A stretch of 64,000 bases of DNA, from contig NC_088858.1 in NCBI RefSeq assembly GCF_963853765.1, positions 19,654,001 through 19,718,000 on the forward strand, in the 5' to 3' direction. The stretch's first letter is position 1. Each line of letters begins with the position of its first letter. A program made the translations under genes and the position numbers. This stretch comes from Magallana gigas. Taxonomy: Eukaryota. This document shows, piece by piece, positions 39,101 through 54,964 of this stretch. The notes under the pieces were generated by a model, which had not been told where the DNA came from, made no database searches, and worked only from the letters and a program-made list of their open reading frames with translations.

Positions 39101-41792
39101 GGTTTTAATATTGCATTCATAGCATATTTCCAATTCCATGTGTAAAAAAAGAAATAATTCTCTTTCCTAGATACACCCCATCACAGCAAGGTGTTGCCTT
39201 CAATTCAGGAGCCAAACAAAGAATTATCAGGATGGTGGAAGCCCAGAGAGACCCCATGGAACCTCCCAAATTTAAGTTAGTAATTATATTGCAAAACCAT
39301 GTCACAGAAAATGATTATTTAATGTGTTCATTGTTTATACGTTATTGACACATATACTTAAAGTAATTTCTGATATGTGTTGTTTTTTTATTTTGATTTG
39401 ACAACTGAGGCAAGGACTATTTTATCTGCAAAACAAAGTGTTCAATTTTTCAAATCTTTACATACAGAGTGAACAAGAAGATTCCCCGAGGCCCCCCTTC
39501 ACCCCCTGCTCCTGTCATGCACTCTCCTAACAGAAAGGTATGCTATCTAAAAAGAAGTATTAGTGAACAAGTTACTTAGTCTTATATTTGTGTGTTCAAT
39601 TCTGCATCGGTTAATAACAATACATCTTGTTGATTTGTAGGTCACTGTGAAAGAACAGCAAGAATGGAAGATTCCACCCTGTATCTCAAATTGGAAAAAC
39701 GCCAAGGTACTGAAATTCAAAACTGTTTTTTTTTAAGTGTTTGCTCATGAAGTGTATTTTGAATGAAAAATAAAAATATCCCCTATTATAGGGATATCTC
39801 CCTTCCCCCTTTGTTACTTTAACCATTCACTTAAGTAAATTTTTTCACCCAATATTAAAATTTTCAAGAAATTTGTGTTGACAATGATACATGTATATCC
39901 AATATCATTGAATTTAGGATAAAATTAAGGAAATGAAACTTGCAATTTTTTTCTAATGTATTAATGCTTGTTTAAGTTGTTTAAATTGAAAGAACAAGTT
40001 CACTGCTTTGTTATACAATCCAAAATGAATTCATCTTTTCATAAACTTTTCATGTGTTGTAATTCTATATCAGCTCTAAATGTTTTGTTGACAGGGTTAC
40101 ACAATTCCACTGGACAAGAGATTGGCAGCTGATGGGAGGGGTTTGCAAGGTGTACACATCAATGAAAACTTTGCTAAACTTGCAGAGGCTTTATACATTG
40201 CAGACAGAAAGGTAAGGTTCATTGTATAATAATTCCATTCATGTTGAAGTTTCGTTTCTCTGTTTCTCATGGGACCCATTGAATGATCTATGGCTTTCTG
40301 GTAATGTATGATTAATTTTTCTGGTTTTCTGGAATGTTTGATTTTTCTGGTTGTAGGCTAGAGAAGCAGTGGAAATGAGAGCACAGATTGACAGAAAAAT
40401 AGCTCAAAGAGAAAAGGAAAAGAAGGAGGCAACTCTCAGACAGCTGGCCCAGAAAGCCAGGGACGAGAGAGCGGGCATTAAATCTCATGACAGTAAATAT
40501 CAACAATTATGTGATTTTAAACCCTAAAATTCTTAGGAAATGATAGCTTTCACATAAAATTTAAAGAGATAGTCAGAAAACAAGCCTGCTTGATGTTTTA
40601 TTCACGAGTGCAAAGATGAGTAGCTGGGTTTAGTTGTTTTTTTTTCCTAATTCCCAGATGATGAGGTGCAAGAAAGAGATGAAATCAGAAGAGATAGACA
40701 AAAGGAGAGACAGAGAGACAGGAATTTGGCCAGGGCTGCCCCAGACAAGAGATCTAGGATACAGAGAGAGCGAGAAAGGGACATCAGTGAAAAGATTGCA
40801 CTCAACTTACCGGACGCAAGAGCAGGAGGCAGCGGGGATGTCCAGTTTGATCAGCGACTCTTCAATCAGTCAAAGGTAATTTGTCCTCACTGCTTAAATT
40901 TTCATGGTTTGTAGAAATTTATTTCAATTGCTATGCAAATTCAATTTTAAACTGTCACTTTCTTTCATTTTAGTCTTCATATTAATCTTATATGCTATGT
41001 TTGTTACCAAAAATGAACTTTACAAGAATTGAATAGATAAATTTTTACAATTTTTATATAAAGACAGTTTTCTAAAATGACGCGAATCAACTTTATTAGT
41101 GAAGTTTAAAAAGCATATGTGCACATATATATGTATATTATGTGCACATATGCTTTTTTGTATAAGACTCTCAAAGTGAAATTTTGTTTTCATGGATATA
41201 TTAGACTGTACATTTAATTAAAAGGTAAGCAGATTGCAAAAATATAATTGAATTTAGCTTTCATTATGACTACTTATAAAATGTTACATTGTGTTGTTTG
41301 GTTTCAGGGTATGGACAGTGGTTATGGAGATGATGAGGCGTACAATGTGTATGACCAGCCATGGCGAAAGGGCCAGTCAGAAATCGCTAACAACATCTAC
41401 AGACCCTCCAAGAACGTAGACAAGGAGATGTATGGAGGTGATCTGGAAACTATCATGAAGTCCAACAGGTATACATGCTGCTTGCTTCGTTCTTTTCATT
41501 TTATGGGTGAAGAAGTTGAGTTTTACTCTATTCTTTCTATTTTTGTATACTGTGGTTGTACGTGAAATCATCTTATTTTACACCTAGGTTTGTGCCTGAC
41601 AGAGGGTTTGCTGGTACAGACAGAAACTCCAGGAGAGAGGGACCAGTTCAGTTTGAGCAGGAGGAGGAGGATCCCTTTGGTCTGGGTCAGTTCTTGGAGG
41701 AGGCCAAGAGGGGAGACAACAAGCGCAAGGCGGACGACTCTCGGTCAAGCAGAGACTATGACAGCAGCAAAAGTAAAAAGAGGCGCGACTAG
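36185..41792 (+). CDS. SNW1: SNW domain-containing protein 1 (SKIP/Prp45, about 535 aa)
   Basis: 13 exons: 36185-36204, 37249-37321, 37733-37807, 37965-38126, 38774-38973, 39171-39275, 39468-39537, 39641-39706, 40095-40211, 40357-40492, 40658-40875, 41308-41468, 41588-41792 (1608 nt). Motifs [56 protein letters not shown]. Confidence 0.98.
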
Positions 41793-42993
41793 AGGAAAGG
41801 GATCGGACGTAGAGGCTGTTGATTTGTCTCCCTTTTTCCTGAACTTTTTGTTCCTCTTTATTCTCTTCTTTATGGAAGGGACATTACTTGTGATCACAGA
41901 TCAAGAAATAGTCATGAAAAATGACATCCCCCAAAAAAATTATTAAAAATTTGTGTATGTATATTGTGAGACTGAAATTTACCTCATGGTTTTATGAATG
42001 TTTGTGTCATATCATTAGACATCTAAAGCAAATAAATCATTTTGTGATGTGTAATTACTTTTTAATACAGAAATCAAAGTCCAAACTACCTATAATGGAA
42101 CTGAATTAGATCATTCTTATTTTTACAAAAGATCTGGCATGTACTTTTAATTCATATTTAGTAGTATTACACATGAAATTAAAAAATGTCTTTTTATTCC
42201 AATCATCATTTTTCATGCATTTATTTTAACCAAGTTGGTTAATATGTTCGGAGTTTTAATTTACTTGCAAGTACTCTATTAAAATGTGCATGCCTTGATG
42301 ACACAGCAGCCATGATAAACCTGTGTACAATTCATACACATAAAACACCAAAAATAACTTAACGTCCAAAGTTCATTTCCTGGATGATAAAGGCATGGAC
42401 ATAGCAATATCTATGAAATGGCTGGTCTTGCTCTGAATGTCAACTAACTGGCAAGGAAGAATCGATATAGGAGATGGGGACATCCGATCGAACAATGTTG
42501 AAGTTTACTTATATGAGCTCCCATTATATTGATTATTACATTGGCTGATTGGCACAGTACATGTATATATAGATTCTTGTTGTTAGGCGCAGTCAGTTTC
42601 AAAACAAAAAAAAACAATTTAATGCAATTGAGTATATGGAACTGATTATTAACTTTTGTTCTCATATGCAAACTACAAATAAGACAAATAATTATGAAGT
42701 TCAGGAAGCGCTTAGCCGATTTTCATTTTAAAGAGAACACTAAGATACAAGCATTGTATATAGCTGACCGTGTATCCAGTGTTTCGCAAAGATGCACAAT
42801 TTCACACCCCGTCAAATTGCCGTCCATGAGAAATTTAACCTTTTGTTTTTACATTGTGATATAATCTAGTCTCATAGCGCATGTCAATTCTCTCCATGTA
42901 ATCCGAGAACTTCGATTGTCTGTCTGGTATTGGTGGTATAGATGACTCGACGAAACCAAGATTTGCTCGAATGTAGACGTTGTGGCAACGAAA

Positions 42994-43884
42994 ATGCCGG
43001 CTTCTCAAAAATCAGGCGAAGATTTATATGATTTGGATATTTCTTTAGTATCAAGAGTGAATCGTGTTAGCGAGGCCAGGCTTAACAAGTACTTGACGGA
43101 GCTTCAGGGGAAGTACGACGTGATTGTCCGCAAGCTTCAGAAGAAAATCATAGAAACCAGACGAGAGTTGGAACTCATGCAAACGGAGCGGGATAAGATA
43201 GCAATGAAGGTGGTGAAGAAATACAACAGTAGAACGACCGACGAGAAAGAGCATGTTGTGTCTGGTGGAAACTTGAAGAAAATTTCGGCGTCATCAACCA
43301 GTACCTTGGCGTCGCTACCCGCTACGAGTTTTGCCACAAATTTTGAATCCGCGAGTGAGTCGTTGCCGTTGTCCAATATGTTGGCTTCAGTCTTTGAATC
43401 GACTTTGGAACCAGTGTATGAAAGTGCGCCCACAGCACCGATTTTACGGCCTCACACGCTAGGAAACCCCTATAAGTTGTATCAAAATCAGAATCAACCG
43501 AAATTTGGTCGCAATAGCAAGAAAGGATTTCGACGCTTGTTGGAATTAAATGAAAGAAATGTGAGTCGCATGGAGCGAAGTTTCGGAGCGGATCACAGAT
43601 CTAGGGACAACCGACGCAGCAGTGAGCATGGTGAAGGGTCTACTTTTGTGACAGAGATCTGGAAGAAGAATCGCTGTTTAAGTCGTGGACATATGCCGAG
43701 TAAAGAACTGAGTGTGGAGAGAGTGTACAAGCTAGGGGAGCGGGGTGTAAAACCACGCCCAAAGCCACCCCAGACGGCGGGCTACGAAATCATGACCACG
43801 AGTCGACCAGTGAGACTCGAACCACTGTCCGACAAACACAGACTCAAGTCGGGCTCGCACTTGTCAGTCATGACGGTTATATAA
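42994..43884 (+). CDS. Intronless uncharacterised protein with N-terminal coiled coil and basic/Ser-rich tail (about 296 aa)
   Basis: Open frame of about 900 nt with GC content well above its flanks. ATG in aaaATGc context at 42994. Heptad-like segment LNKYLTELQGKYDVIVRKLQKKIIETRRELELMQTERDKI. No family recognised. Confidence 0.8.
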   Translation: MPASQKSGEDLYDLDISLVSRVNRVSEARLNKYLTELQGKYDVIVRKLQKKIIETRRELELMQTERDKIAMKVVKKYNSRTTDEKEHVVSGGNLKKISASSTSTLASLPATSFATNFESASESLPLSNMLASVFESTLEPVYESAPTAPILRPHTLGNPYKLYQNQNQPKFGRNSKKGFRRLLELNERNVSRMERSFGADHRSRDNRRSSEHGEGSTFVTEIWKKNRCLSRGHMPSKELSVERVYKLGERGVKPRPKPPQTAGYEIMTTSRPVRLEPLSDKHRLKSGSHLSVMTVI

Positions 43885-44989
43885 ATTCGTGTGAATTGTC
43901 GTTCCCGGTTTTTTAAACTTTGTTTCAAGAGAATTAAAAAAAAATGTTAATCTCTTTCCTTAAATGTCAGCCAAATTTCGGGATATTTTACCTCGAAGTT
44001 AACGATACTACTACATGTACATGTACGTGTATTTGATAATTTTAAGGAATTAACAATTTAGTTCAGTGTCTGTATCTATATACTACTATATTAAAATAAT
44101 AGACTCGAATTTTTGGGCTTTAATACCGAGAAATTGGAAGAGTACTGTCTTTTGTTTTATATATTTTAAACAACATTGGTACTTAAAGATTACCAATTTG
44201 TTTTTATTTTTTCTCAATCAAGCTTCGCTAATTAAAAATCAACGAAAATTCCTTTAAATAATCCGGAAATCATCTGGATTTTTTCGATTTTACAATCTTG
44301 CGCATGCGCATTACATGCACGCTAAATCACGGGATGTTCTTTGGTTAATGTTTCCACGATAACACATTTGCATGCATAAATAAAGAAACAATATTACAGA
44401 TACGTGTAAATTTTCATAGAAAATTTGTCATATATTATGTTCATCAAAGGAAATACGGGAGATAACTCTAACTCATTTAATAGTGCATTTAAAAAGAAAA
44501 ATCCCGAGAGTTTTGAATGTCAACATGGTATGTAAATTCGAAGCGAGTAAAAAACATTGGTGAAAAAGTGTTGAATTCTTCTTTAATATGAATTCAATTT
44601 TTTAGATGAAAGGTGTTCACAGACCAAAATGGTTTGTTATGAATAATCTGACTGTTATTTTCAATTCAGCTTCATTAATTTTCTCCAAAATCGTTTCGGA
44701 GCTATTCTGCAGTTTTTTGCTACATTACGGGATACAGTGTATATGGGAGGCATTTTAACTGTGGTGAAGGCCTGTCCCGAGATACATTTAGATTATTCTA
44801 ACTTAGCAGAGTGTAGTGAAATTAATAGCATTATTCTAGGCTTAAAGCTTGGTTATGTAAATGTAAAAGATACGGTGTGTCGATGTATCTATTTCGTAAT
44901 TGTCCGATATCATATGCAATGTCAACCCGTGCACGCACAGGTCAAAGTCTAGTTACTTATAAATATGCAAGAATCTTGACATTTTGTTG

Positions 44990-45390
44990 ATGCATTGTTT
45001 ATATAGATTGTGAACCCTGGACAATTCTTGGGCCCAACAAGGGCTTCAAAGTTTGATGTAAGTTTTACATATTAAAGGACAGGTGACAAAATAACAAAAA
45101 CATTAAACAACAACCCCCCTTTCTCTCTCTCTCAGTGTTAATGTCAGGTGTATTGTTAGGTCATGCTCTTGTGTGAACTGCTCAGTATATACATGTATGT
45201 GATATGTCTACGATATCATATGTTACAAAAGGGGCTCAATGTTTTACATAAGAATATCCAGAGAAATGTTTTTTATAGACTCCATTCTACTATATTTGTC
45301 CAGATGTTTTGTAAACGGACTCCATAAAGTTAAGTTTGTTTTGTCTATTGTTTGTCAGGTGATCAATGTAGCCCATGGGCCTCTTGTTTT
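44990..45390 (-). mobile_element. HINE/Helentron-type element fragment
   Basis: Reverse complement starts AACAAGAGGCCCATGGGCTACATTGATCACCTGA, the typical 5' end of these elements. Confidence 0.65.
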
Positions 45391-46064
45391 GTTTTGTTTA
45401 TTTTTTATGGGGAGTTGTTATTTTTTGTTTGTATTGGCTTTTTCTTTGGGTGTGTTTAGCGACATTCAAGCAACAACATAAGAGTCCTATTCGATAATAG
45501 TTCGTGAAAGATGAAGGCAACAAAATATTTTTTTTCCTTTTAATGAATTATATAATTTAGAGTCTGAGAGGATGCTTTGATTCTGCCGAGTGTGAAGATA
45601 GCGATCGTTGGAGCACATTGAAAACTGCAGGATTCAGTTTGATATATACCGTGTCTGCATGCCTAGAAACTGAATTCATACACATTAGTAAGAGCTAGAA
45701 ACCTTAATATTTATTATAAAACCGCTTTTGGTATAAGAGATATATAAGTGATATATTTATTACAATGACTTTCTATAATAGCTAATATTATTTACAAACA
45801 TGAAATAAACGTTGAGGGTAGAAGTGTGTTGTCGGTTAGACGGAATTATGCTGGCACCAAAACAAAAAATGACACGTGAGGTCTCTTAAATCCACGGTAT
45901 ATTGATGTATACCATTTGAATGAATCATTAAGATATTCCCCTTGCGCTAAAAATAGAAGTGATCGAACGACTAGCTCAATAGTTCCAGCGTGTATCGGGG
46001 ACCGTCATATATATACAAACGATCGTAGCTACAGTTCTTTAAATTACACTAGAAGTTTGACAAA

Positions 46065-49001
<2,937 letters not shown>

Positions 49002-49227
49002 ACTAAAATCCACAAAAACGTCCATTCTTAACATTCCAGTGTTTGTTTTCTGCCAGAAGAAACTTACAGATGTTCCCTCAATGATGAACATAGAGCGCCT
49101 TGTTTAGAATCTTAAAAATTCTTGTCCGTCTTTTTGTATTGCTACAATTTGAAATATTCTTGTATTTTGTTTTTTGTTCCCTGTTTTTCTGATGACTCCA
49201 CTTCAATGATATTCAATGTTCATTTAA

Positions 49228-49676
49228 GGTCAGACGACACGTTCCTCGAGAATCTTTTTTGTATCTCCTCGTAATAAAGAGTTCCAACAAAAAATTTTAA
49301 TTTCATAATTACTTTTAAAATGATCAAAATTTACTTGTATATGGTTATATGCCTAGATGGTCGATTGGGTAGAACCGTGGCCGCTCACTGCCAGTAGCGT
49401 ATAGGTTCTAGAGGTCGTGAGTTCAAAGCCCCGCCCCGGCGGAGATATAGTTCTATTTTAGAGAATTTAGCTTTGCTGTAGATGTATTTATTTTCATATC
49501 AGCAATTCAAGTGTATCTTCAAGAAGATTATATAGGAAATTGCATATTCTAGTATTTTGCAGAAATGCCTGGTAAGGTACCCTAATTTTTTGCAAGAAAG
49601 CTTGTCAAAGTAGTTGTAAACCATTAACAAATTCCCGGAAAAAGTTATCTAAAATTGAGGAACGTGTCGTCTGACC
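49228..49676 (+). mobile_element. Kolobok-like MITE carrying a tRNA-like cassette (copy 2)
   Basis: TTAA|GGTCAGACGACACGTTCCTC ... GAGGAACGTGTCGTCTGACC|TTAA; tRNA-like segment at 49351-49442. Confidence 0.92.
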
Positions 49677-50450
49677 TTAACTTTGAAAATAATGACTGCA
49701 ATAGCAAAAAAAAGTTACTTCTTGCAGACTTTGACAAGAAGCATCAATTACAATGCTGTGATACATATTTTATAATCATTTCATTATGTGCAATATCTCT
49801 GAGTATGTTACATGTACATATATCATATTTCATAATATACGATTGGTTGCGATCTTATTCTACAAGTTGTGTGCTTTACATTCTTTGGCCTTTGCAAAGA
49901 TGTTAATTACAGCACCCAATTAAAAAAAAGTCATTCAATATCATATTTATTTTGTACACCATTTTTTGTACTTTTGTAAAATGAAATCACAAGCCATTTG
50001 ACAACAGTGTACCGGTAATGGTAGAAAACTATCATATGAATGAAAGCCAAGACAAAGTCTAGGCAGACATGTGATACAATATTTTGATACATTTGCTTTG
50101 AAACGAATTTACTGAAATAAAATGTTACAGAGAATATACTCTCTCTCTTTTTTTTAAACAATTGGTATCCCAACGCATCAAGAAAATAGTGCATAATGTT
50201 GGCATTATTTGGAATTCATTGGTGAGAGACATTTTATACAATTATATACAAGAACCATCCTTAGTAGTTGAAGTGACAAGTAACTAGCAGTTGTCAAGTT
50301 AACAAAAATAACCAAAATGTTAACAAAATCAACTGAAGAGAAATCTAAATATATAAATATGGATGTTTTGGCAACAAAACAACAACTGCTATCAAGCACT
50401 ATCCCAACAAATATACATGTATTTCAATATCAGTACCATACTTTGGCTTG

Positions 50451-50453
<3 letters not shown>

Positions 50454-50507
<54 letters not shown>
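50454..50507. repeat. (GA)n microsatellite
   Basis: Uninterrupted GA run. Confidence 0.98.
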
Positions 50508-50511
<4 letters not shown>

Positions 50512-51063
50512 ATGAAACAATGATTTTGAATCAAGATACAATTAAGACTTTTAAGTTTCACAGCAGCCATTTATGACAATTCACTATGATTTAGAGCTTC
50601 AGATCTGTTATTCTTTGAGATAATTTGGACCGACAATCTGTAGGGCTGAAGTTCCTCACATGTTGTCAACAAATTACCCATCAGGTATACCAATAAAAAC
50701 TAAGAGATGACTTAGAGATAATTTTTGCATTGCTTTGACAATATTTTTTTTGGCATGTGAGGAACAATACCCCAACAACTCTATACATATAAATCTAAAA
50801 GCTATATGATTCATTGTCTAATTACCACACTTTGGACTTTAATCAGACACAAAAAAATAAACATATCAGTACACTATATATGTACATTTTTAACAAAATC
50901 AGATATATCTTTTAAAAGCAAATAGGTCACATGTCATGCCTAAAAGGAGAGTTCCATAAAAATATGTATATTTGTTTAAAAATGGTAACACATGTGTAAC
51001 AGTTCCACAACATAATATCTGAACAAAACAAGGACAAAACACAAATCAAACACCAGTGAAGGA

Positions 51064-53088
51064 CTACTGAAGCTGTAAGAGAAGCTTGCTTCGCAGGGAA
51101 GTGTCTTCATGCGGGCAAACTATGCTGTCATTCAACAAGACACCATTAGGCAAAGTCATTTTGTGGTTTTGAAACATATCTGTGGATTTCTTCAGTCTTT
51201 CTGTCTTAACCACAACATCTGGAACAGACTGAAACAGAAAGATTTTGTATACTAATAACTTTATTTAAGGAATAAGGAATCATTCTTTGAGTATTATGAT
51301 GTGATCAAATACTGTCGGGGTGATCAAATCCAATAAAGCCCAAACGGCTACTACATGATAGATTGGATCAGACTCAACCTCATTTGATCACCTCATTATA
51401 TTCAGAGAATGATTCCTTACTACTTACATTTATACAACAATTTAATATTAAAATGGTCATTGATGTAATGTACTGGACTGTAGTGTTATCACAGACAAAG
51501 ACACTAGATAATGTAAATATCACAATCATTCACATATCACAGAAATAAGAAAAATTATATATAAAATCTCTAAAATTGAGAATATCTGTCAAAACTACAC
51601 AGAGTACACTACAATGTACCTTAATTTGTGAAGTCAGTTCCTTGCAGGAGTCAGCTAGTTTTTCTATTGTCAGAGAATTCTTCTGCCCATTCTCAGTTGT
51701 ATGTGAACACACTTTAACACCAGGGAGCTGAATTTTTGTCTTTACCTGTAAATTGTATTAGTTGGAAATAAAACTCCTTCTAGGAAAAAGTCATATATGC
51801 ACACATTCAATAAAACTGTGGGCAATATGACCAAATATTTGCTTATATGTTGCCATCATCCAGTAAAACTTTAGTCATTACAAATTATTAGTTTCAAAAC
51901 TTTATTTCTTTAAATACCCAACTGGCAGTTTTACTTAGAGTTGGCTTATTGGAACAAACATTTTCAATAAATGAAATATAATTTTATATATATATATCTA
52001 TGACCATGGTTTTAATTCAAATCTAATGAATCACAGAAAAAATAAAATTTATTTATGTAAAAATATTTACTTATTTTTTATATATCTCATTATCTTATTC
52101 TTGATCTATTGATTAATACTTACACATTGGACCGTTTTTGCTTCCAAAATTTTCCTACAATTGATAGTGAGCTTTGGAGGACATTTTTTCCGTCGGCCAC
52201 AAACTTCCAAGGTGGAATCATACACTAACTCAACTAAAGTTGTGTTAAGGTAGTTCTTTTTCTCAATATCAATTGGCTTGAATTCTGCAAAACAAAAACA
52301 TCATAACTAAAATCAAGATGAATTTCTTTTATTGACATTTTGTTTCTGTTGTGTATTTAACTATGTTGATTGTCTTTGGGGATATAAATACTCTAAGGGA
52401 TTTTATAACAGGACACCAAAATATTTGGTAGCATAAAGAAGGGGTCTGTTGGTCTATTTCCTTTTAACTATATGGGCTGACCCCGCAAAGGGAAACAACT
52501 TTATGCAGTGTGGACTGGTCTATACTAAGGTACCCAGCTTAATATGAACGCATTCCAAGATATACAAGAGTTTTACTGGGATGAGATACAATGATTTAGC
52601 TTTTCATAACATATATTTAACATAAATTGTTACACTATTTTACATAGGTTTACCTGCAGTTTCATCTCCACATGTTTCATCCCATCTCTGCCCGTCAATC
52701 ACAACGTTGCTTTTGATACACCCAGAATATATCTACAACAGTTACACGTTTATTACTGAACATCTAACTGAAGCATAATAAATTCAAACTGTCAAAAATA
52801 TTTCTTAATTTCTTAACAATACTATAGGCCTATATGAACTTAGATTCATTCGTATTTACAAGAAGACAGATTGTTGTTTTTTGTAAACAAACCCGTCAAC
52901 ATGCAAACCGCTTCAATGTTCCAACATAATTAAAGCATAATAACCTCTTTAAACCTGTCAAATATTCGCTGTTTTTCGTTGTTATCAATATCTTCGTTTG
53001 CTTGTAATGTTTTGGATATGCTATCTTCGATAATAGCTGACAGACTTTCCGTTGATCTTCGACTTCTACACTGAATACGGTCCGCCAT
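51064..53088 (-). CDS. NSL1: Kinetochore MIS12-complex subunit NSL1 homolog (about 224 aa)
   Basis: Exons 53088-52945, 52732-52654, 52284-52124, 51745-51620 and 51228-51064 splice in frame (675 nt). DRIQCRSRRS, IKSNVVIDGQRWDE and EVCGRRKKCPPKL parallel the remembered human NSL1 segments FRVRCTSKRA, VQENISINGQAWQE and DIATKRKQYPRKI. Confidence 0.75.
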
Positions 53089-53870
53089 TTTTTGAAATTT
53101 CCCACTTTTCTAATGCGCATGCGTCAATTGATAGCCTTGAACACAAAAATGTCGGATAAAGAGAATGCCCGCTTGTCAAAAGTTGATAAAATACGTCCAT
53201 AGAAAACAGACTTAAAGTCTTATTTATTGTTGTTTTAGTTTAAGTTTTTCATTGATAAAAAAAACCGTTGGATGCATTTCATTTTTTAAATCATCTCGGA
53301 CGAATAATACTCACATCTGAAATTAAAGTTTGCGTATTTTCTATGTAAACAGAGACATAAATAACCTGTTATATATGTCTCTGATGTAAATGATAAAAAT
53401 ACTGAGTAACATATCCTTATCAGAGCTGCAGGTAACATGTATTTATATTCCTATTTTTGATAGGATCACGGTATGCAGCTCTGCTCAAGCATTGCGAAAA
53501 CCTGAAGCAAGAAAAAGTTACTTATTTTTATTTATAAAATGTTCCGCCTTTTTTAATCAAAGGCGAATTTGAAAAGTCAATTGCGATGTTTCCTCTTAAA
53601 TTGTTAGTTCCATCTTACACAATAGGCAGCATTGCAAACAGTCCATAATTTAAAAAGAAATTGAATTTTATTTCTACAAGATGTAGTTAGGGATGTTTAA
53701 AATGTCCTTTTATGAACTTTAGAACCTTCATTTATATATGGTTTATTTATAAATTCCGAAGCATGCCTGAATAATCACTAGATAGGCTTTACGACTTTGC
53801 TAGCTAGTGAACCATTGTGATACTTTGTCGAGTTAACGTATATGTCTTTTACTGATTAACAATTTTTCAT

Positions 53871-53912
53871 TGTCAATGAGTCCATGACTAATTAGTCATG
53901 GACTCATTGACA
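53871..53912. repeat. 42-bp perfect loopless palindrome
   Basis: tgtcaatgagtccatgactaa|ttagtcatggactcattgaca. Confidence 0.95.
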
Positions 53913-53917
53913 GTTAA

Positions 53918-54259
53918 AGCAATATGAGCTGCAATTTTCAAGTTGAATTTGTTTTTCACAAAAATGTTATTTTCTACTAAAATGATAAAAAAATATCATG
54001 GTTTTTAAATTTCTATAGCCATATTTTTGTGGAAAAAGCCGTGAAGAAACCTTAATTGGAGCAAACTTGAATTATTGTCGTCCTGTACAAAAATTGATTT
54101 CCTATACATTCCTTAGAAAAGAAATCTTTCTTTTGACAAAAATTAATGATGTTTTCAAATCTTATTTATCATAAAAGTTTAAGTTACATGCAGACTTATC
54201 GTACTAGCAGTTTGTTTTCAGCAAAATAAAATCTAAAAAATACATGCAGCTATATTGCT
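53918..54259. mobile_element. Kolobok-like MITE (TTAA TSD)
   Basis: TTAA|AGCAATATGAGCTGCA ... TGCAGCTATATTGCT|TTAA. Confidence 0.8.
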
Positions 54260-54964
54260 TTAATTAGTAAAGGACATATATATCTCTACTTAGTGAGTTC
54301 GAACCATTAAGAACTCAGTGTGATTCGCAGCAATATCACTTCTCCATATACCGGTATGTCTGTCCGTTTCATACATTAGCTTTTTGATATTAACCACTTT
54401 TACAACTTATATTGTTATGGTTTTATTACGTGACAACATACATTTATCAAAAATGAGCTCGGAGAAAGAAATTCTTTGTGGATGACTATAGACAATTATA
54501 TGCCACCTTTCGTAGCAAAATACGATGCAGTTCTTTCCAGTTATATGGATTGACCTAGAATATTAAAAAAAGGGGGGAGGGAGGGGGTTCGGAAGAGGTT
54601 ATAAAGCTTGTTTTTGGAGAGGGGGTGTAGAGGCTATTTATTGGTTACTTTAATGTATTTCTTCTCTTTGTGTCCCTCCTCCCATATTGACACGCACTTG
54701 AGTGTTTTCCTGTAATAAAGCACTACATGTATTAGGAAAACTCTTCTTAAATACCGATATATAGATTTTTTTTAAACAACCTCTGTACTTATAAAATAGA
54801 TGCATACTAAATTACAGATAAAGTTACATGTAGCTATACTATAGTAACTAAATTCTATATTTAAATAACTCCAGCTCTCTAACTCCTCTAAAAAAATAAT
54901 GACCCAAGCATACCAATAAACCGTTCTTGATTTCTGACCAAACTTGTGCCATGAATACATTTTC

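Noticed and set aside
53405-53420. U12-type (ATATCCTT) intron donor; also about 62501
   Set aside because: Both matches lie outside the modelled coding introns, and all modelled introns are GT-AG with U2-type donors.
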